Source: a virus. Taken from it: a DNA stretch of 64,000 bases. The notes under the pieces are model-generated. The model was not told the origin of the DNA and ran no database searches. It was given only the letters and a program-made list of their open reading frames with translations. The DNA is taken from positions 27,635 to 91,634 of IMG/VR virus record IMGVR_UViG_3300017963_000225. The stretch is one strand, 5' to 3'. Position numbers and translations under genes: made by a program. Positions 42,331-51,744 of this stretch are shown here, one piece after another; within the stretch, counting starts at the first letter, position 1, and every line of letters begins with the position of its first letter.

Positions 42331-44071
42331 TTGATTCTTCCTCGTCGTCCTGTTGCCCATCATCATCGCCGCCGCCGCCGTCGCCGCCGTCATCGTTGCC
42401 CTCATCGCCGCCTTGAGCTTGACCCTGAGCGCCTGGCTGAGCTGCTTGCGCCTGCATTTGTTGTTTCTGCATTTCCATCTGTTGCTTAGCCTGGAGCGCT
42501 TGCGCGACGATCGGATTGGAAACCACGTCGCCACCCTGCTCGGGCGGCAACGGATCAAGCCCCTGCTCCTGGCGCATCTCATTGACGGTCACAAATGTTG
42601 CCTTGGCCGTCGTGATTTGGATCGACTCCATTTCATTCTGGCCATAGTCCCACTCCATCGTCAGATCAGGATGGATGCGCTCAAGAATCGGGTCAAAAAC
42701 CGTCGTCTTGTAGTGCTGAAGACAACTTTCGAGCCCTTGCTCCTGGCTCATCTCGATTTGCGTAGCCTGAGACGCCTGATTCAGCGATCCCCGGTTGTCT
42801 CCAGCTCGCGGCGCCTCGTTAATTTCGCTTGGGTGCATGCGAAAAACAGCGCAAGCCAGGTTCGTCAATTTCTGGATGTAGACATCGAACAGCATGTCGC
42901 GATGATTTTGTCTGGTAGGAATAACACTGAGGTCATCCTTACCATTCGGCAGCGCAACGACCGGCAATCTAAACATTCCCGCGATGCCGCTCATGTTGGT
43001 CGCGAGGATGTTCGTAAAGTCGGTAATGTGTTTGTCGTTCCACTGACCGCGAATGCCGATGATTGTCTCGGCCATGTTGCCAAACTCAAAAAACCTTTGG
43101 TTGGCTGTCATGGCGAGAATTTCGGCAAGGATCGTGAAGATGGACCGCTCAAGCATCGAGCGTGGATAGCCAGCCTTCGTCACGTCCGTTGTCGGCATGG
43201 TCGGCGCGACGATAATTTCGTCGTGCCTGAATGCGGCTGTTGGCCGCCCTTGTAGAATGTAAATGTACTGCGTCTTCTCATCGACGCTGATCTGGTACTT
43301 GTCGGCAATCATACCTAGCGTTGACTTCCAAGCAGCATAGTTCGTCGCGAAGTCTTTCGGAAACTCGCGATTCACGGTGCTGATATATTTCACCGCCGCA
43401 AATGTCGGGATCACATTTGCACCATCAATCGCTCCGAACGCCCGAGGCGTGCGGTTTGGATCAAGCCCAAGCTCAATACATGGGCGATTGATTACCAGAA
43501 GATCCTCAGTAATTTTCTGAAGGAAGCCCGACATATTTGGCTCGATTTCGTCGTAAACGACGCCCTCGCTCCAATAAACCTTCCACGGCTTCATCAAAAA
43601 TTCTTCGACCTCTCGGCAGAAGACATTGAATTCTTCCGGGACCTTAAATTTAGAATCCGCATGACGTTTGTGGACAACCTTGAAGCCAACGTCGCCCTTC
43701 TTTGCGCCCTGCGAGCGCCGAGAAAAACGCTGCACTTGATGCAGGCGAGTGCTCACAATTGCACTAAGCAGCGGCGACCTCTCGCTAACTTGCCGAAGCG
43801 TGGCGAAGTTGAGCGTGCCTTTCTTCTGGCCAAGGTTGTTAGTGTAGCCCTTGGGATATCCGCCGAACATGGTGGCTGATCCAGTCATGTATTGTTCGGC
43901 TATCCGTGGCGCCTGCGGACCAAGACCAAAGGCAAGTAGCTTGATAACCTCATCAAGCGACGGCCCTTGTTGGCGAGACGGCGCCTGCTCCGTCTGCGGC
44001 ACTCCTGGAATCATTCCCGCCATGCCCATACCAATAGGTACTAACCCTTGATGATCGTCATTATCTGCCAT
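42245..44071 (-). CDS. Portal protein
   Basis: 608 aa after TerL; 'FLQKITEDLL', 'GYPRSMLE', 'RDMLF', 'CAVFRMHPSEIN', 'TVNEMR..GLDPL..GGD'. Confidence 0.92.
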   Translation of the reverse strand: MADNDDHQGLVPIGMGMAGMIPGVPQTEQAPSRQQGPSLDEVIKLLAFGLGPQAPRIAEQYMTGSATMFGGYPKGYTNNLGQKKGTLNFATLRQVSERSPLLSAIVSTRLHQVQRFSRRSQGAKKGDVGFKVVHKRHADSKFKVPEEFNVFCREVEEFLMKPWKVYWSEGVVYDEIEPNMSGFLQKITEDLLVINRPCIELGLDPNRTPRAFGAIDGANVIPTFAAVKYISTVNREFPKDFATNYAAWKSTLGMIADKYQISVDEKTQYIYILQGRPTAAFRHDEIIVAPTMPTTDVTKAGYPRSMLERSIFTILAEILAMTANQRFFEFGNMAETIIGIRGQWNDKHITDFTNILATNMSGIAGMFRLPVVALPNGKDDLSVIPTRQNHRDMLFDVYIQKLTNLACAVFRMHPSEINEAPRAGDNRGSLNQASQATQIEMSQEQGLESCLQHYKTTVFDPILERIHPDLTMEWDYGQNEMESIQITTAKATFVTVNEMRQEQGLDPLPPEQGGDVVSNPIVAQALQAKQQMEMQKQQMQAQAAQPGAQGQAQGGDEGNDDGGDGGGGDDDGQQDDEEESNARGPQRRDESDDEFVQRIASLQRKKKA

Positions 44072-44074
44072 GAT

Positions 44075-45856
44075 CTAGCCCTCAGTAGTCGCTTGTATTC
44101 TACCCTGTTCTTTCATTTGCTCCCACAACCGCCTGTAATGCTCGACTAATACCCGATCGGTCCCCGGCGGTATGAGCCGCATCAACTGATCGAGATTTTC
44201 CGGCATCGCTCCAGCGGAAGCGCCAGCCTTCACGCCATAAACACGAAATTCTCCACGTATTTTATATGCGAGTAAGCAATACACTTCAGCATGATAATAG
44301 TGGTCAGGATCGCCAAGATAGACATACCGTGGAGGATTGCTTTCTTGGTCCAAAATCCGCGTCGGTGTCTTGAGCATCTCGTAGTATTCCGAGCGGTCTA
44401 ACGACTGTGCGTTAGCTGGGAGTAGTAGGCGCTTTTGCACAAACCACGCCTGCACCAAGTCCATCAGCATGGTCCGGTCAGCACTCACCACGCCGTAGCG
44501 GCGATTGTCCTTCTCCTCCTCACTGCTCCTGATCTCATTTATACCTTGGTGATATCGACAAATGTAACCTCGCCCAGGATGTTTGCACGCATAATCAATC
44601 GATTTGCGTGTCTCAGGCATCGCGTCAATCACATAAGAAACAATGTTGAAACGGGCAAAAAGGAAATCAAGCTCCTCGAACTCTCGGACGGTGCCGGCAA
44701 AAACAAGCGGCAATTTCTCGCCTTCCTGCACGATTTTTCTGACGACAACGTGCAACCGCTTGCCAACGTCAACACCCATCACGCACGGCTCGCGCTCGTC
44801 GGTGGGCATCAGGTAAAAATCTTTGCAGGCGTTTAGAATGTCGTCGGTGAGCTTGGCTCCCTTGCCAGCGTAGGTCAAGCCGAGCATTGAGTTGTAAAAC
44901 ACCTGTAGCTTGGTGTCGTCCTCGACAGCGAGCTTGAACTTCTCCCACATTGTTTTTATTTCGACGTAGCTACTGAGCATCTGATGGATCAAGTAACCGT
45001 GCTTGTCTTTTATGTTTGGATGCTTTGCCACCCACCCTGATTTGTGAGTGAAGCGATTCAGCGGCTTGTCGCACTTGACGCACAGAACGAAAATGTCTCG
45101 ACCGCACCCGTCATGCCACGCGGCGTCCTTTAGACGGTAAAACCCATCATCTGTCTGATCGACCACGTTCTTAAACCAATCCATCACTTGCCAGAAGCCA
45201 CAGCTCGGGCACTTGACGAAGAACTCCATCATGTTGGTAAGGCGATAACTGGCATTGATGCCGTATTTATCGACCGTCGGGTTTGACGCCTCGCGCTTGA
45301 GCTTGAAGGGAGATGCCGTCATGCGGTCATCGGCCTTCTCGTAGTTCACGAGGTCAAATCGGTCAGTCTCGTCAGCGACGATCATGTCGAGCGGCTTCTC
45401 GATAAACGTCGTCGCCGAGTTTGAGCCAGCGTAAAAAATCGATCCCTTGCCAAAATGCTTCAGGCCACGGCTGTCCTGCGTTCTAGCGGCGCTGCGAAGC
45501 TGCATCTTGTAGTAGGGGACTTTCTCGATCACAGTATCGACGCGGTTGGCGACGAACTGGTTTCTTAGCTGCTCGGTCGGAATAACGTACATCACTTGCA
45601 ATCCGCGCTCGGCTCCCTCGAATGCGGTAATCATCAGGTATTCGGTCTTACCTGTCTGCACGCTCGATTGCATGACGACGACTTGCGCGCTGTCTTTGTA
45701 GATGGCGACAAGGTAGGGCTTGTCGTCGAAGCGCATGTTCTCGCCGCGAATGTTTCTGTGATGGAGGATGGCGTACTTTAATCGAGGATAGCGATTAAGT
45801 TCGTGGTCCAAGAGATAGAGGCGGGTCAGAAACTCCTGCTCAAGTGTCTCCCTCAT
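44075..45856 (-). CDS. Terminase large subunit (lambda GpA-like)
   Basis: Walker A 'SSVQTGKTE', Walker B 'IVADETD', 'SNPT', CxxC Zn-finger, nuclease 'MGVDVG', 'DHYYHA'. Confidence 0.93.
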   Translation of the reverse strand: MRETLEQEFLTRLYLLDHELNRYPRLKYAILHHRNIRGENMRFDDKPYLVAIYKDSAQVVVMQSSVQTGKTEYLMITAFEGAERGLQVMYVIPTEQLRNQFVANRVDTVIEKVPYYKMQLRSAARTQDSRGLKHFGKGSIFYAGSNSATTFIEKPLDMIVADETDRFDLVNYEKADDRMTASPFKLKREASNPTVDKYGINASYRLTNMMEFFVKCPSCGFWQVMDWFKNVVDQTDDGFYRLKDAAWHDGCGRDIFVLCVKCDKPLNRFTHKSGWVAKHPNIKDKHGYLIHQMLSSYVEIKTMWEKFKLAVEDDTKLQVFYNSMLGLTYAGKGAKLTDDILNACKDFYLMPTDEREPCVMGVDVGKRLHVVVRKIVQEGEKLPLVFAGTVREFEELDFLFARFNIVSYVIDAMPETRKSIDYACKHPGRGYICRYHQGINEIRSSEEEKDNRRYGVVSADRTMLMDLVQAWFVQKRLLLPANAQSLDRSEYYEMLKTPTRILDQESNPPRYVYLGDPDHYYHAEVYCLLAYKIRGEFRVYGVKAGASAGAMPENLDQLMRLIPPGTDRVLVEHYRRLWEQMKEQGRIQATTEG

Positions 45857-46124
45857 TTTGGTCTATCCTGACGGCATAAGGAACGTCACCCGCTGGCGTA
45901 AAAACTCCACTCGGCACCTTCTTAAAGGCGTTAACGTCCTTTGTTTTTATTACACGACCACAACGATAACAATGAACAGCATCTTTGCTGCCCGTATAGC
46001 GAACAAGACAAAAGTCACAAACGCCAACGCGCTGTGGTATCACGACAAATGTGTCAATAACAGCATTTGACGAACTGTATTTTTTTTTGGCCTTACTACC
46101 GCCTTCTGTGCTTTTGCCTGCCAT
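45840..46124 (-). CDS. Small Zn-finger protein
   Basis: CDFC...CYRCG; overlaps the TerL start. Confidence 0.65.
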   Translation of the reverse strand: MAGKSTEGGSKAKKKYSSSNAVIDTFVVIPQRVGVCDFCLVRYTGSKDAVHCYRCGRVIKTKDVNAFKKVPSGVFTPAGDVPYAVRIDQNEGDT

Positions 46125-46129
46125 AAAAC

Positions 46130-46558
46130 CTACTCATCTTGTGGTTGTGTTGGTGGCTCGCCGTCGAAGGTCCCTTCGATAATTTCTCTTCCATCGGGCC
46201 ATGGCACGTCTTCTATGGGGTAGTTTTCGAGCGGCTCTTGTGTCTCTCCATCAAACTTTTTCCGGCTTTCGGCTTCCTGCTTCTTCTTCTCCTTGGCGGC
46301 ACGCTGACGCTCCCAGCGTTTTTCTGCCGCTCGCTTGGCCTTCTCTTTGCTTGTCAGACCAACCTTTTCACCAGCCGCCTTTTCCATCATCGCCGCCGCC
46401 TTTGAAACTTCTTTGCCAGATTCCCACAACGGGCGCGCACTAACAGCGTTCTGCATGTGCTCAGCCGACTCGATAGTCCTCATCGCTGCCTGAAGCGCTG
46501 CACGGTCGATTGGATCGCGTAGGTCAAGCTCGATCGACACTCTGGTTGTATTGCTCAC
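46130..46558 (-). CDS. Hypothetical protein with basic 'KAKRAAEKRW' motif
   Basis: GTG start with GGGAG SD; first gene of the packaging operon. Confidence 0.65.
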   Translation of the reverse strand: MSNTTRVSIELDLRDPIDRAALQAAMRTIESAEHMQNAVSARPLWESGKEVSKAAAMMEKAAGEKVGLTSKEKAKRAAEKRWERQRAAKEKKKQEAESRKKFDGETQEPLENYPIEDVPWPDGREIIEGTFDGEPPTQPQDE

Positions 46559-46607
46559 GTTGAATGCTCCCAGTCATCCTATCAGAACGACCCACGCTCA
46601 CCAAAAC

Positions 46608-46805
46608 CTAACCGCCTAGCTGCTTCTCAAGGCCGGCCACGATGTCACTCAGCCGGCGGTCCTTGTACGTCTTGGCCCTCAGACACGCCCGAATCACTGC
46701 CGCCAGAATCGCCGGCAACGCGGAGTCTGGCTGGATGCTGATCTGCTGAATCAATAGCTGGCTCGGCGCTGGCCTCACCTCCTCGGGATTTTTCCCCATG
46801 TCCAT
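46608..46805 (-). CDS. Hypothetical protein
   Basis: Strong AGGAGG SD; overlapped by an alternative frame (46645-46974). Confidence 0.5.
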   Translation of the reverse strand: MDMGKNPEEVRPAPSQLLIQQISIQPDSALPAILAAVIRACLRAKTYKDRRLSDIVAGLEKQLGG

Positions 46806-46945
46806 CCTCCTTTCGATTAATTCTCAGCGACAAGGTGCGTTGAGCATGCGCAAGCATGCCAAGAACAACACTTTCGATCAATTGCACTGGTACTTCACCG
46901 TTGAAATTAAGCTCGAAACGTTCGCCCAGCACCTGCACTCTCTCG

Positions 46946-47290
46946 TCAATTTGCAGAAACAATCCGATCCTCATGCGGCTTTGCCCTTTCAATAAGCGCC
47001 AGATAAGCTGGCGTGTGGATATGCTGTTGAAACAAAATGGCAATTTGATGCTTGTCGAGCCTGCGAGCGGCAGCCAGCCTCAGGATAGACTGTTGCACGT
47101 CTTTGAGAACGGTCGTCAGTCCCGAAGCGGCCATCGCCTGTGATTCCGGTAGGGCGAGCTTGTCGAGCGTGTCGGTGCCTTGAGCGACCAGCATGGCGTG
47201 GTATCCATAGAGGTGGCGCTCCAGGCGCTGCACGGCAGCATGACGCAGTGTCACCTTCATGCGTCCGATGTCTTTAGTTGTCGCTTTCAT
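46946..47290 (-). CDS. Hypothetical protein
   Basis: 114 aa, ATGA-coupled. Confidence 0.6.
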   Translation of the reverse strand: MKATTKDIGRMKVTLRHAAVQRLERHLYGYHAMLVAQGTDTLDKLALPESQAMAASGLTTVLKDVQQSILRLAAARRLDKHQIAILFQQHIHTPAYLALIERAKPHEDRIVSAN

Positions 47291-47562
47291 TTTTTTCCCT
47301 CAGGACGCAAAACACGATATTCATAATGCCCCAGCGCAGGGGCGCCGCGATGGCGTTTCTCAACGATATAAGAGCCGAATCGTGGCTTTCGCAAATGCCG
47401 CAGTTGAGCAGAAACCGATGCAGAAGCATACCCAGTAGCCGCTTCAATCTCGCGCAATGTTCGCCACACACCGTCAAGCATGAGTTCACGAATGCTTGCA
47501 TGTTGCTTAGTGAGCCTTTCGCTGTCCGTGCCGTGGTCGTATGATGGACCGTTGAACCTCAT
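47287..47562 (-). CDS. Winged-HTH DNA-binding protein
   Basis: 'WRTLREIEAATGYASASVSAQLRHLRK'; start moved to ATG 47562 (GGAG SD, ATGA overlap). Confidence 0.7.
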   Translation of the reverse strand: MRFNGPSYDHGTDSERLTKQHASIRELMLDGVWRTLREIEAATGYASASVSAQLRHLRKPRFGSYIVEKRHRGAPALGHYEYRVLRPEGKK

Positions 47563-48767
47563 AACAGCTCCAGATGGCGTCTGGCGACGTTCTCCCAACT
47601 ATTCACGCGCAAAAACTCAGCCTGACGCCCTAATTGAGCCTTGCGCTCGTCCGCACTCGAAAACAAGCCGGTCAGTGCCTGCACAATCCCGGCTACGTCC
47701 GACACCCTCGGAGCGACGCCTTGCAGGTCGTGGAAATGGGGCTCTGTTGACGCCACGATAGGAATGCCATGGCTCATGGCGATCCGCGCCGCTCCCGAAC
47801 AACCAAACACAGTATGGTCGGGTGCTGCACAGTAAGGAAACACCGCTGCCTGGTTAGTCCTCAGATAGCTCCCAAGCGTCTCGTCGGATTGAAACCCGCG
47901 CACAATGGCGACGTTCTCCTGGACGCCAAGCTCATCGACAAGCTCGTGCAAATCTTGCGCGTAAGCATCATGCTGTACTTTGGCATGAGGCGATTCGCTG
48001 AATAGCGCCGTAAAGAATACGTCGGGAAGGGTTTGCCGTAGCTCAGCCACGGCTCGAATGCACGACTCAAAACCCTTATAGCGGAAACCGAAACCAAACT
48101 GCATGAATGTGTGCTTGGATCTGTAAAGATTCCAGTATTTCTCACCGCTGTTGAACGAGTGACAGCCGTGCGGAATGACATGAACATCGCCCGGAACTTT
48201 CTTCTCGTTCTTTAGAACGTCGCGAGCCAGCTCAGTATGAACAATGATGTTCGGTACGGCTGCTTCGCAGATGGTCTTGTCCTTGTGATGGAATACGCTG
48301 TGCAAGGTGACAAACACCTTGTAGTCGCGCAACGCACTCAAAAACGCGAGCCAGTGCCTTGCGTCGGGAAACAGGCCGTACTCGTGCTGAATCATCACAA
48401 CGTCAGGATCGAATTGCTTGATCTCGTTGACAAGTCGCATAAGCGGCTGGCCGCGCTTCCACGACGGCACGAGCATCGTCTTCTTCAGGTCCTCGTCGGC
48501 AAACCAATCAGGAGAACGCTCGACAGTACCCTCCTCGCAGAAGATGCGCGCCTCGGCCACGCCGGCTATTAGGTGCGGCCACAGTGCCTCGGCATAGGTG
48601 CTGATGCCGCAGCGCTCCTTGTAGACGCCGACCAGGGCCACGCGCAGCCGAGAAGGCTCGACGCGAGCGGCCGTGTCGATGAGCTGGCCTTGACGCACCA
48701 CGAAACGCTCCATGAGCACACCGTCGGCAATCTCCTCAAGATGCGCCGGCACCTCCAGGACTTTCAT
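47559..48767 (-). CDS. GT4-family glycosyltransferase
   Basis: 'RCGISTYA', 'IQHEYGLF', 'VTLHS', 'VIPHG', 'FGFGFRYKG', 'SGAARIAMSHGIPIV'; start uncertain. Confidence 0.85.
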   Translation of the reverse strand: MKVLEVPAHLEEIADGVLMERFVVRQGQLIDTAARVEPSRLRVALVGVYKERCGISTYAEALWPHLIAGVAEARIFCEEGTVERSPDWFADEDLKKTMLVPSWKRGQPLMRLVNEIKQFDPDVVMIQHEYGLFPDARHWLAFLSALRDYKVFVTLHSVFHHKDKTICEAAVPNIIVHTELARDVLKNEKKVPGDVHVIPHGCHSFNSGEKYWNLYRSKHTFMQFGFGFRYKGFESCIRAVAELRQTLPDVFFTALFSESPHAKVQHDAYAQDLHELVDELGVQENVAIVRGFQSDETLGSYLRTNQAAVFPYCAAPDHTVFGCSGAARIAMSHGIPIVASTEPHFHDLQGVAPRVSDVAGIVQALTGLFSSADERKAQLGRQAEFLRVNSWENVARRHLELL

Positions 48768-48802
48768 GCCGCTGTCATCACTGTATTGAACATGATGGCT
48801 GC

Positions 48803-49801
48803 TTACAGCCCTAATTTGTCGGCCACGATAGGCACAATATCGAGCCACCTTTTTTTCACTCCCTTGGCATAGTCGGTATTGGGCAATTGGCTTCCAGACA
48901 GCAGATCAACGGTGTCGAGAAGCTGTCTGTCGGTAAAGCCGTAGTAGGGCACCGTCTCGATGCCACTGTCCATGGCAAAAGCATTCATTTTGTCGTGGCT
49001 ATTGATAAGGATTGCATGACGGCCGAGGGCAGCCGAAAACACAGCGCCGTGCAGCCTTTGAGTAACGACCAGGTGCGAGCGCGCAATCGACGCCCGGCAC
49101 TCGGCCTCATCCATGTAGCCCATGCGCGAGAAGTAGCTCATCGGATCGGAGTTCATCTTGCCCGTCACCGCCCACATCGGCCGCTCGTCCGATTCACGCG
49201 GATTGACGCACATGGCGTAGAAGCTGACGTGCAATCCGTCATCGATCATGCGATCGAGCGCCTTGGCCATCTCGCGGACAAACCACTCGTGCGCCTGATA
49301 GGCCCAAATCGGCGCGTCCCGGCGCGGCGTCAGATGGTCGCTGAGAAACACGGCCACCATCCTTGACGGCGGCTGCTCGCATAGCTGCCAATAAACATCG
49401 TCGCGGGCTAGAACAAGGTCGCCGGCGTAATGGACTTTATTACGGTCTATTTCATGTATACGAGTCAGCTTGTCGAACGACAAACGATCGCGCACGACGA
49501 TCAGCTTGGCTTTTTTCAGCAGCTTGCTGTGGTCAGGATGCACCACGTCGCCGCAGCTCACCCCGAGATAGGCAATCGGCATGCCCTCAGGCAGGTGAAT
49601 GTCAATGCTTCCGGCCACCGCCTGATCGAGAAAGCTGCCGCCGCCGAACACCACGGCGTCAAATCTTATCGCCAGTCGCTCCGGAAGCCTGTCGGCGAAC
49701 GTGAAATCAACACCAGGGAAAAGCCCGGTAATCGCCGGACGAAAAGCCTCGTCACCCAAATTGCCGTGGCCGTACCAACCGTAAACAAGCACCTTCGCCA
49801 T
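48803..49801 (-). CDS. Polysaccharide pyruvyl transferase (CsaB/WcaK-like)
   Basis: 'GWYGHGNLGDE', 'GGGSFL', 'VRDRLS', 'RLHGAVFS'; start at ATG 49801 (GAGG SD). Confidence 0.85.
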   Translation of the reverse strand: MAKVLVYGWYGHGNLGDEAFRPAITGLFPGVDFTFADRLPERLAIRFDAVVFGGGSFLDQAVAGSIDIHLPEGMPIAYLGVSCGDVVHPDHSKLLKKAKLIVVRDRLSFDKLTRIHEIDRNKVHYAGDLVLARDDVYWQLCEQPPSRMVAVFLSDHLTPRRDAPIWAYQAHEWFVREMAKALDRMIDDGLHVSFYAMCVNPRESDERPMWAVTGKMNSDPMSYFSRMGYMDEAECRASIARSHLVVTQRLHGAVFSAALGRHAILINSHDKMNAFAMDSGIETVPYYGFTDRQLLDTVDLLSGSQLPNTDYAKGVKKRWLDIVPIVADKLGL

Positions 49802-49837
49802 TGTGTCTACCTCTCTAACATTTATTTCTGACACACA

Positions 49838-50200
49838 CTAACGCGCTAAGGTTGACGCTTTCCAGTGAATTCGGCGATGCCCGCTAACCGACCACGTTAA
49901 ACGTACACCCCACCTTCCACCGAGCCAAACCTTCTCGATTCGGCAAATATCTGTCGGCGCAGGATTGCAGGGATCGGGCATCGGCTCGGGATCATCAAAG
50001 ACGCATGATACTGAGGCGACTTGTCGGAGCTTGAGGCTAATCGTACACCCCGAGCTGGCCGAGACGTGCAGAACGCCTTCCTGCTCGTTCCTTGCATTAA
50101 TTAAACGAAACAGCTCACGCAGCACCTTGAACATACCTTGCTCCCTGATTGTTTGGATTAAGGAGCCTCGAAACCGTCGAAGCTCTCGGCGCCAGTCCAC
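49838..50200 (-). CDS. Hypothetical beta-rich protein, paralog of 50337-50591
   Basis: 'DDPEPMPDPC...D...W.G...LTW..SG.R.I.W'. Confidence 0.6.
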   Translation of the reverse strand: MDWRRELRRFRGSLIQTIREQGMFKVLRELFRLINARNEQEGVLHVSASSGCTISLKLRQVASVSCVFDDPEPMPDPCNPAPTDICRIEKVWLGGRWGVRLTWSVSGHRRIHWKASTLAR

Positions 50201-50340
50201 GATCGAAGCTGCATCCTCCGCTTGCCATTCGGCGTGACGTTTTCGTCGTAACCAACATCGACAGCCACCTCGACGTGTTCAAACTGGTCGTCCACAATCG
50301 TTTCATTGGTATTCACATTGATGGCGATCACCCGGATCAT
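50158..50340 (-). CDS. Hypothetical protein
   Basis: 60 aa from ATG 50340, ATGA-coupled. Confidence 0.5.
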   Translation of the reverse strand: MIRVIAINVNTNETIVDDQFEHVEVAVDVGYDENVTPNGKRRMQLRSWTGAESFDGFEAP

Positions 50341-50591
50341 CCTCTGACCTCCCATACGATTTTTCTCGTAGTGCTCGTTCTCCACGCGATTTTTAGCTTG
50401 AAATCGCTTCCTTCCCGCCACAACTGCGCTTCCAGGTAGTCAACGCTTTGAGCGCCGCATCCAGGAGGAATGCTCTCTGGATCTTCGGCATACTTGACGC
50501 TTGAGCTTTTGGGATCAGTCAGCGCGACAAGTATTTCAGCAGATCCAGTCCCAACAACACTAAGGTTGCCGACGACAAGCCTTCTCGACAT
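50337..50591 (-). CDS. Hypothetical beta-rich protein, paralog of 49838-50200
   Basis: 'EDPESIPPGC...D...W..G...IAW.TS..R.I.W'. Confidence 0.6.
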   Translation of the reverse strand: MSRRLVVGNLSVVGTGSAEILVALTDPKSSSVKYAEDPESIPPGCGAQSVDYLEAQLWREGSDFKLKIAWRTSTTRKIVWEVRG

Positions 50592-50650
50592 ATAAAAAAC
50601 CCCCATTTGTTTTTAACAAGGGGGATTGTAATCATGATGGACTTAAATAT

Positions 50651-50884
50651 CTATCCGTGGATGCGTTTGGATGGCGGGTCGCCAGTAAGGGCGGACAAGG
50701 CGTCGTCAAGGTCGAGCTGGGTGGCGTTGGCCACTGCCTTCCAGTCCACGCGGTAGCCATTCTTGTCCATCTCGCGTGCTGTCTTGATGCGCTGAATGGC
50801 GGCCACGGCGGTATTGACGAGCTGGCGAAGCGGCTCGTGGTCCATTGGGTTTTCGATCATTTGCGGCGCACCAGCTTGATCCAC
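50651..50884 (-). CDS. Hypothetical protein
   Basis: 77-aa ORF in operon context. Confidence 0.5.
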   Translation of the reverse strand: MDQAGAPQMIENPMDHEPLRQLVNTAVAAIQRIKTAREMDKNGYRVDWKAVANATQLDLDDALSALTGDPPSKRIHG

Positions 50885-51141
50885 GAGACACGCGGCCGGT
50901 AAAGGCGTCCATCCTCTTCAAGCAGGTACGTGTCGTGCTCGGTCGCATTGCCGATGTTTTCATAATAAGTGTCCCCGCGCTTGACGCACGGCAGCTTGTT
51001 GGCCACCGTCTCGGGACGCTCGCCGGCCTTTACTTTGCAGGCGACATAGCCGACGTGCATTTTGCGAACACCGCGCCCGATGCCGACCCACCTCACCTTG
51101 TCACCGGAGCTGAAAGATTGGCTACTCGTCTTCGTCTTCAC
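50857..51141 (-). CDS. Hypothetical SH3-like protein
   Basis: 'FSSGDKVRW...HVG...HDTYL....LYRPR'; GTG start at 51141 inferred. Confidence 0.55.
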   Translation of the reverse strand: MKTKTSSQSFSSGDKVRWVGIGRGVRKMHVGYVACKVKAGERPETVANKLPCVKRGDTYYENIGNATEHDTYLLEEDGRLYRPRVSWIKLVRRK

Positions 51142-51328
51142 TAGAGAAACCCTTTCGTGTAAATTGAGGCGAACTTTCGTCATCAATGCGCATGATGTCA
51201 ACCTCTTTTGGCGCATCAAACGCAAGCCGCACTTGCCCTGACCTTAGTTCTACAACGACGATTGTGATATCGCCATGGCTTGTCCTCATCACGATGCGCT
51301 CATTCTTCTTCCGAGTAAGACACAGCAC
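51122..51328 (-). CDS. csrA: Carbon storage regulator CsrA-like protein
   Basis: 'MLCLTRKKNERI...ITIVVVELRSGQVRLAFDAPKEVDIMR'. Confidence 0.85.
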   Translation of the reverse strand: MLCLTRKKNERIVMRTSHGDITIVVVELRSGQVRLAFDAPKEVDIMRIDDESSPQFTRKGFSSEDEDE

Positions 51329-51345
51329 CGCCCACCCCCCGTTTG

Positions 51346-51744
51346 CTAATGAACGAGATTGTCCGTTTTCTTTACTAAGCGTGGTGTTAATTTTTTGAAA
51401 GGGTAGTTTTTGATTATTGTTTGTAGCTCAGTGCCGCAAAACGGACAGAAATTCAAAACGACTAGAGAGTCCCCCCCCTTCAAAACAATCACAAGTGGGT
51501 GCTCGCTGTCCGTGTAGGCAAAAATGTTACCCTGCCTCAGGTTTTCCACCAGCGCTTCACATAAAGAATCTTCCGTGCAGCAGCTCATATCATGGGGCAC
51601 CGACTCCGACTCCAATTCCGATTGGTCCTCGAAGCTTGTTGTATTGCGCCACGAGGAAAACTCCAAGAGCCAGTGGAGCGACGGCCATAATGATTGCCAC
51701 AACCAAGCAAGCAACAAAATGACCATAGCCTCGATCATCGTCAA
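51346..51744 (-). CDS. Hypothetical Cys-rich protein
   Basis: 'CC...C' and 'FCPFCG'; start uncertain. Confidence 0.55.
   Translation of the reverse strand: MTMIEAMVILLLAWLWQSLWPSLHWLLEFSSWRNTTSFEDQSELESESVPHDMSCCTEDSLCEALVENLRQGNIFAYTDSEHPLVIVLKGGDSLVVLNFCPFCGTELQTIIKNYPFKKLTPRLVKKTDNLVH

Noticed and set aside
46645-46974. Alternative 109-aa minus ORF overlapping 46608-46805
   Set aside because: Its first half may be real, but I cannot decide between frames or support a function, so it is not listed as a feature.
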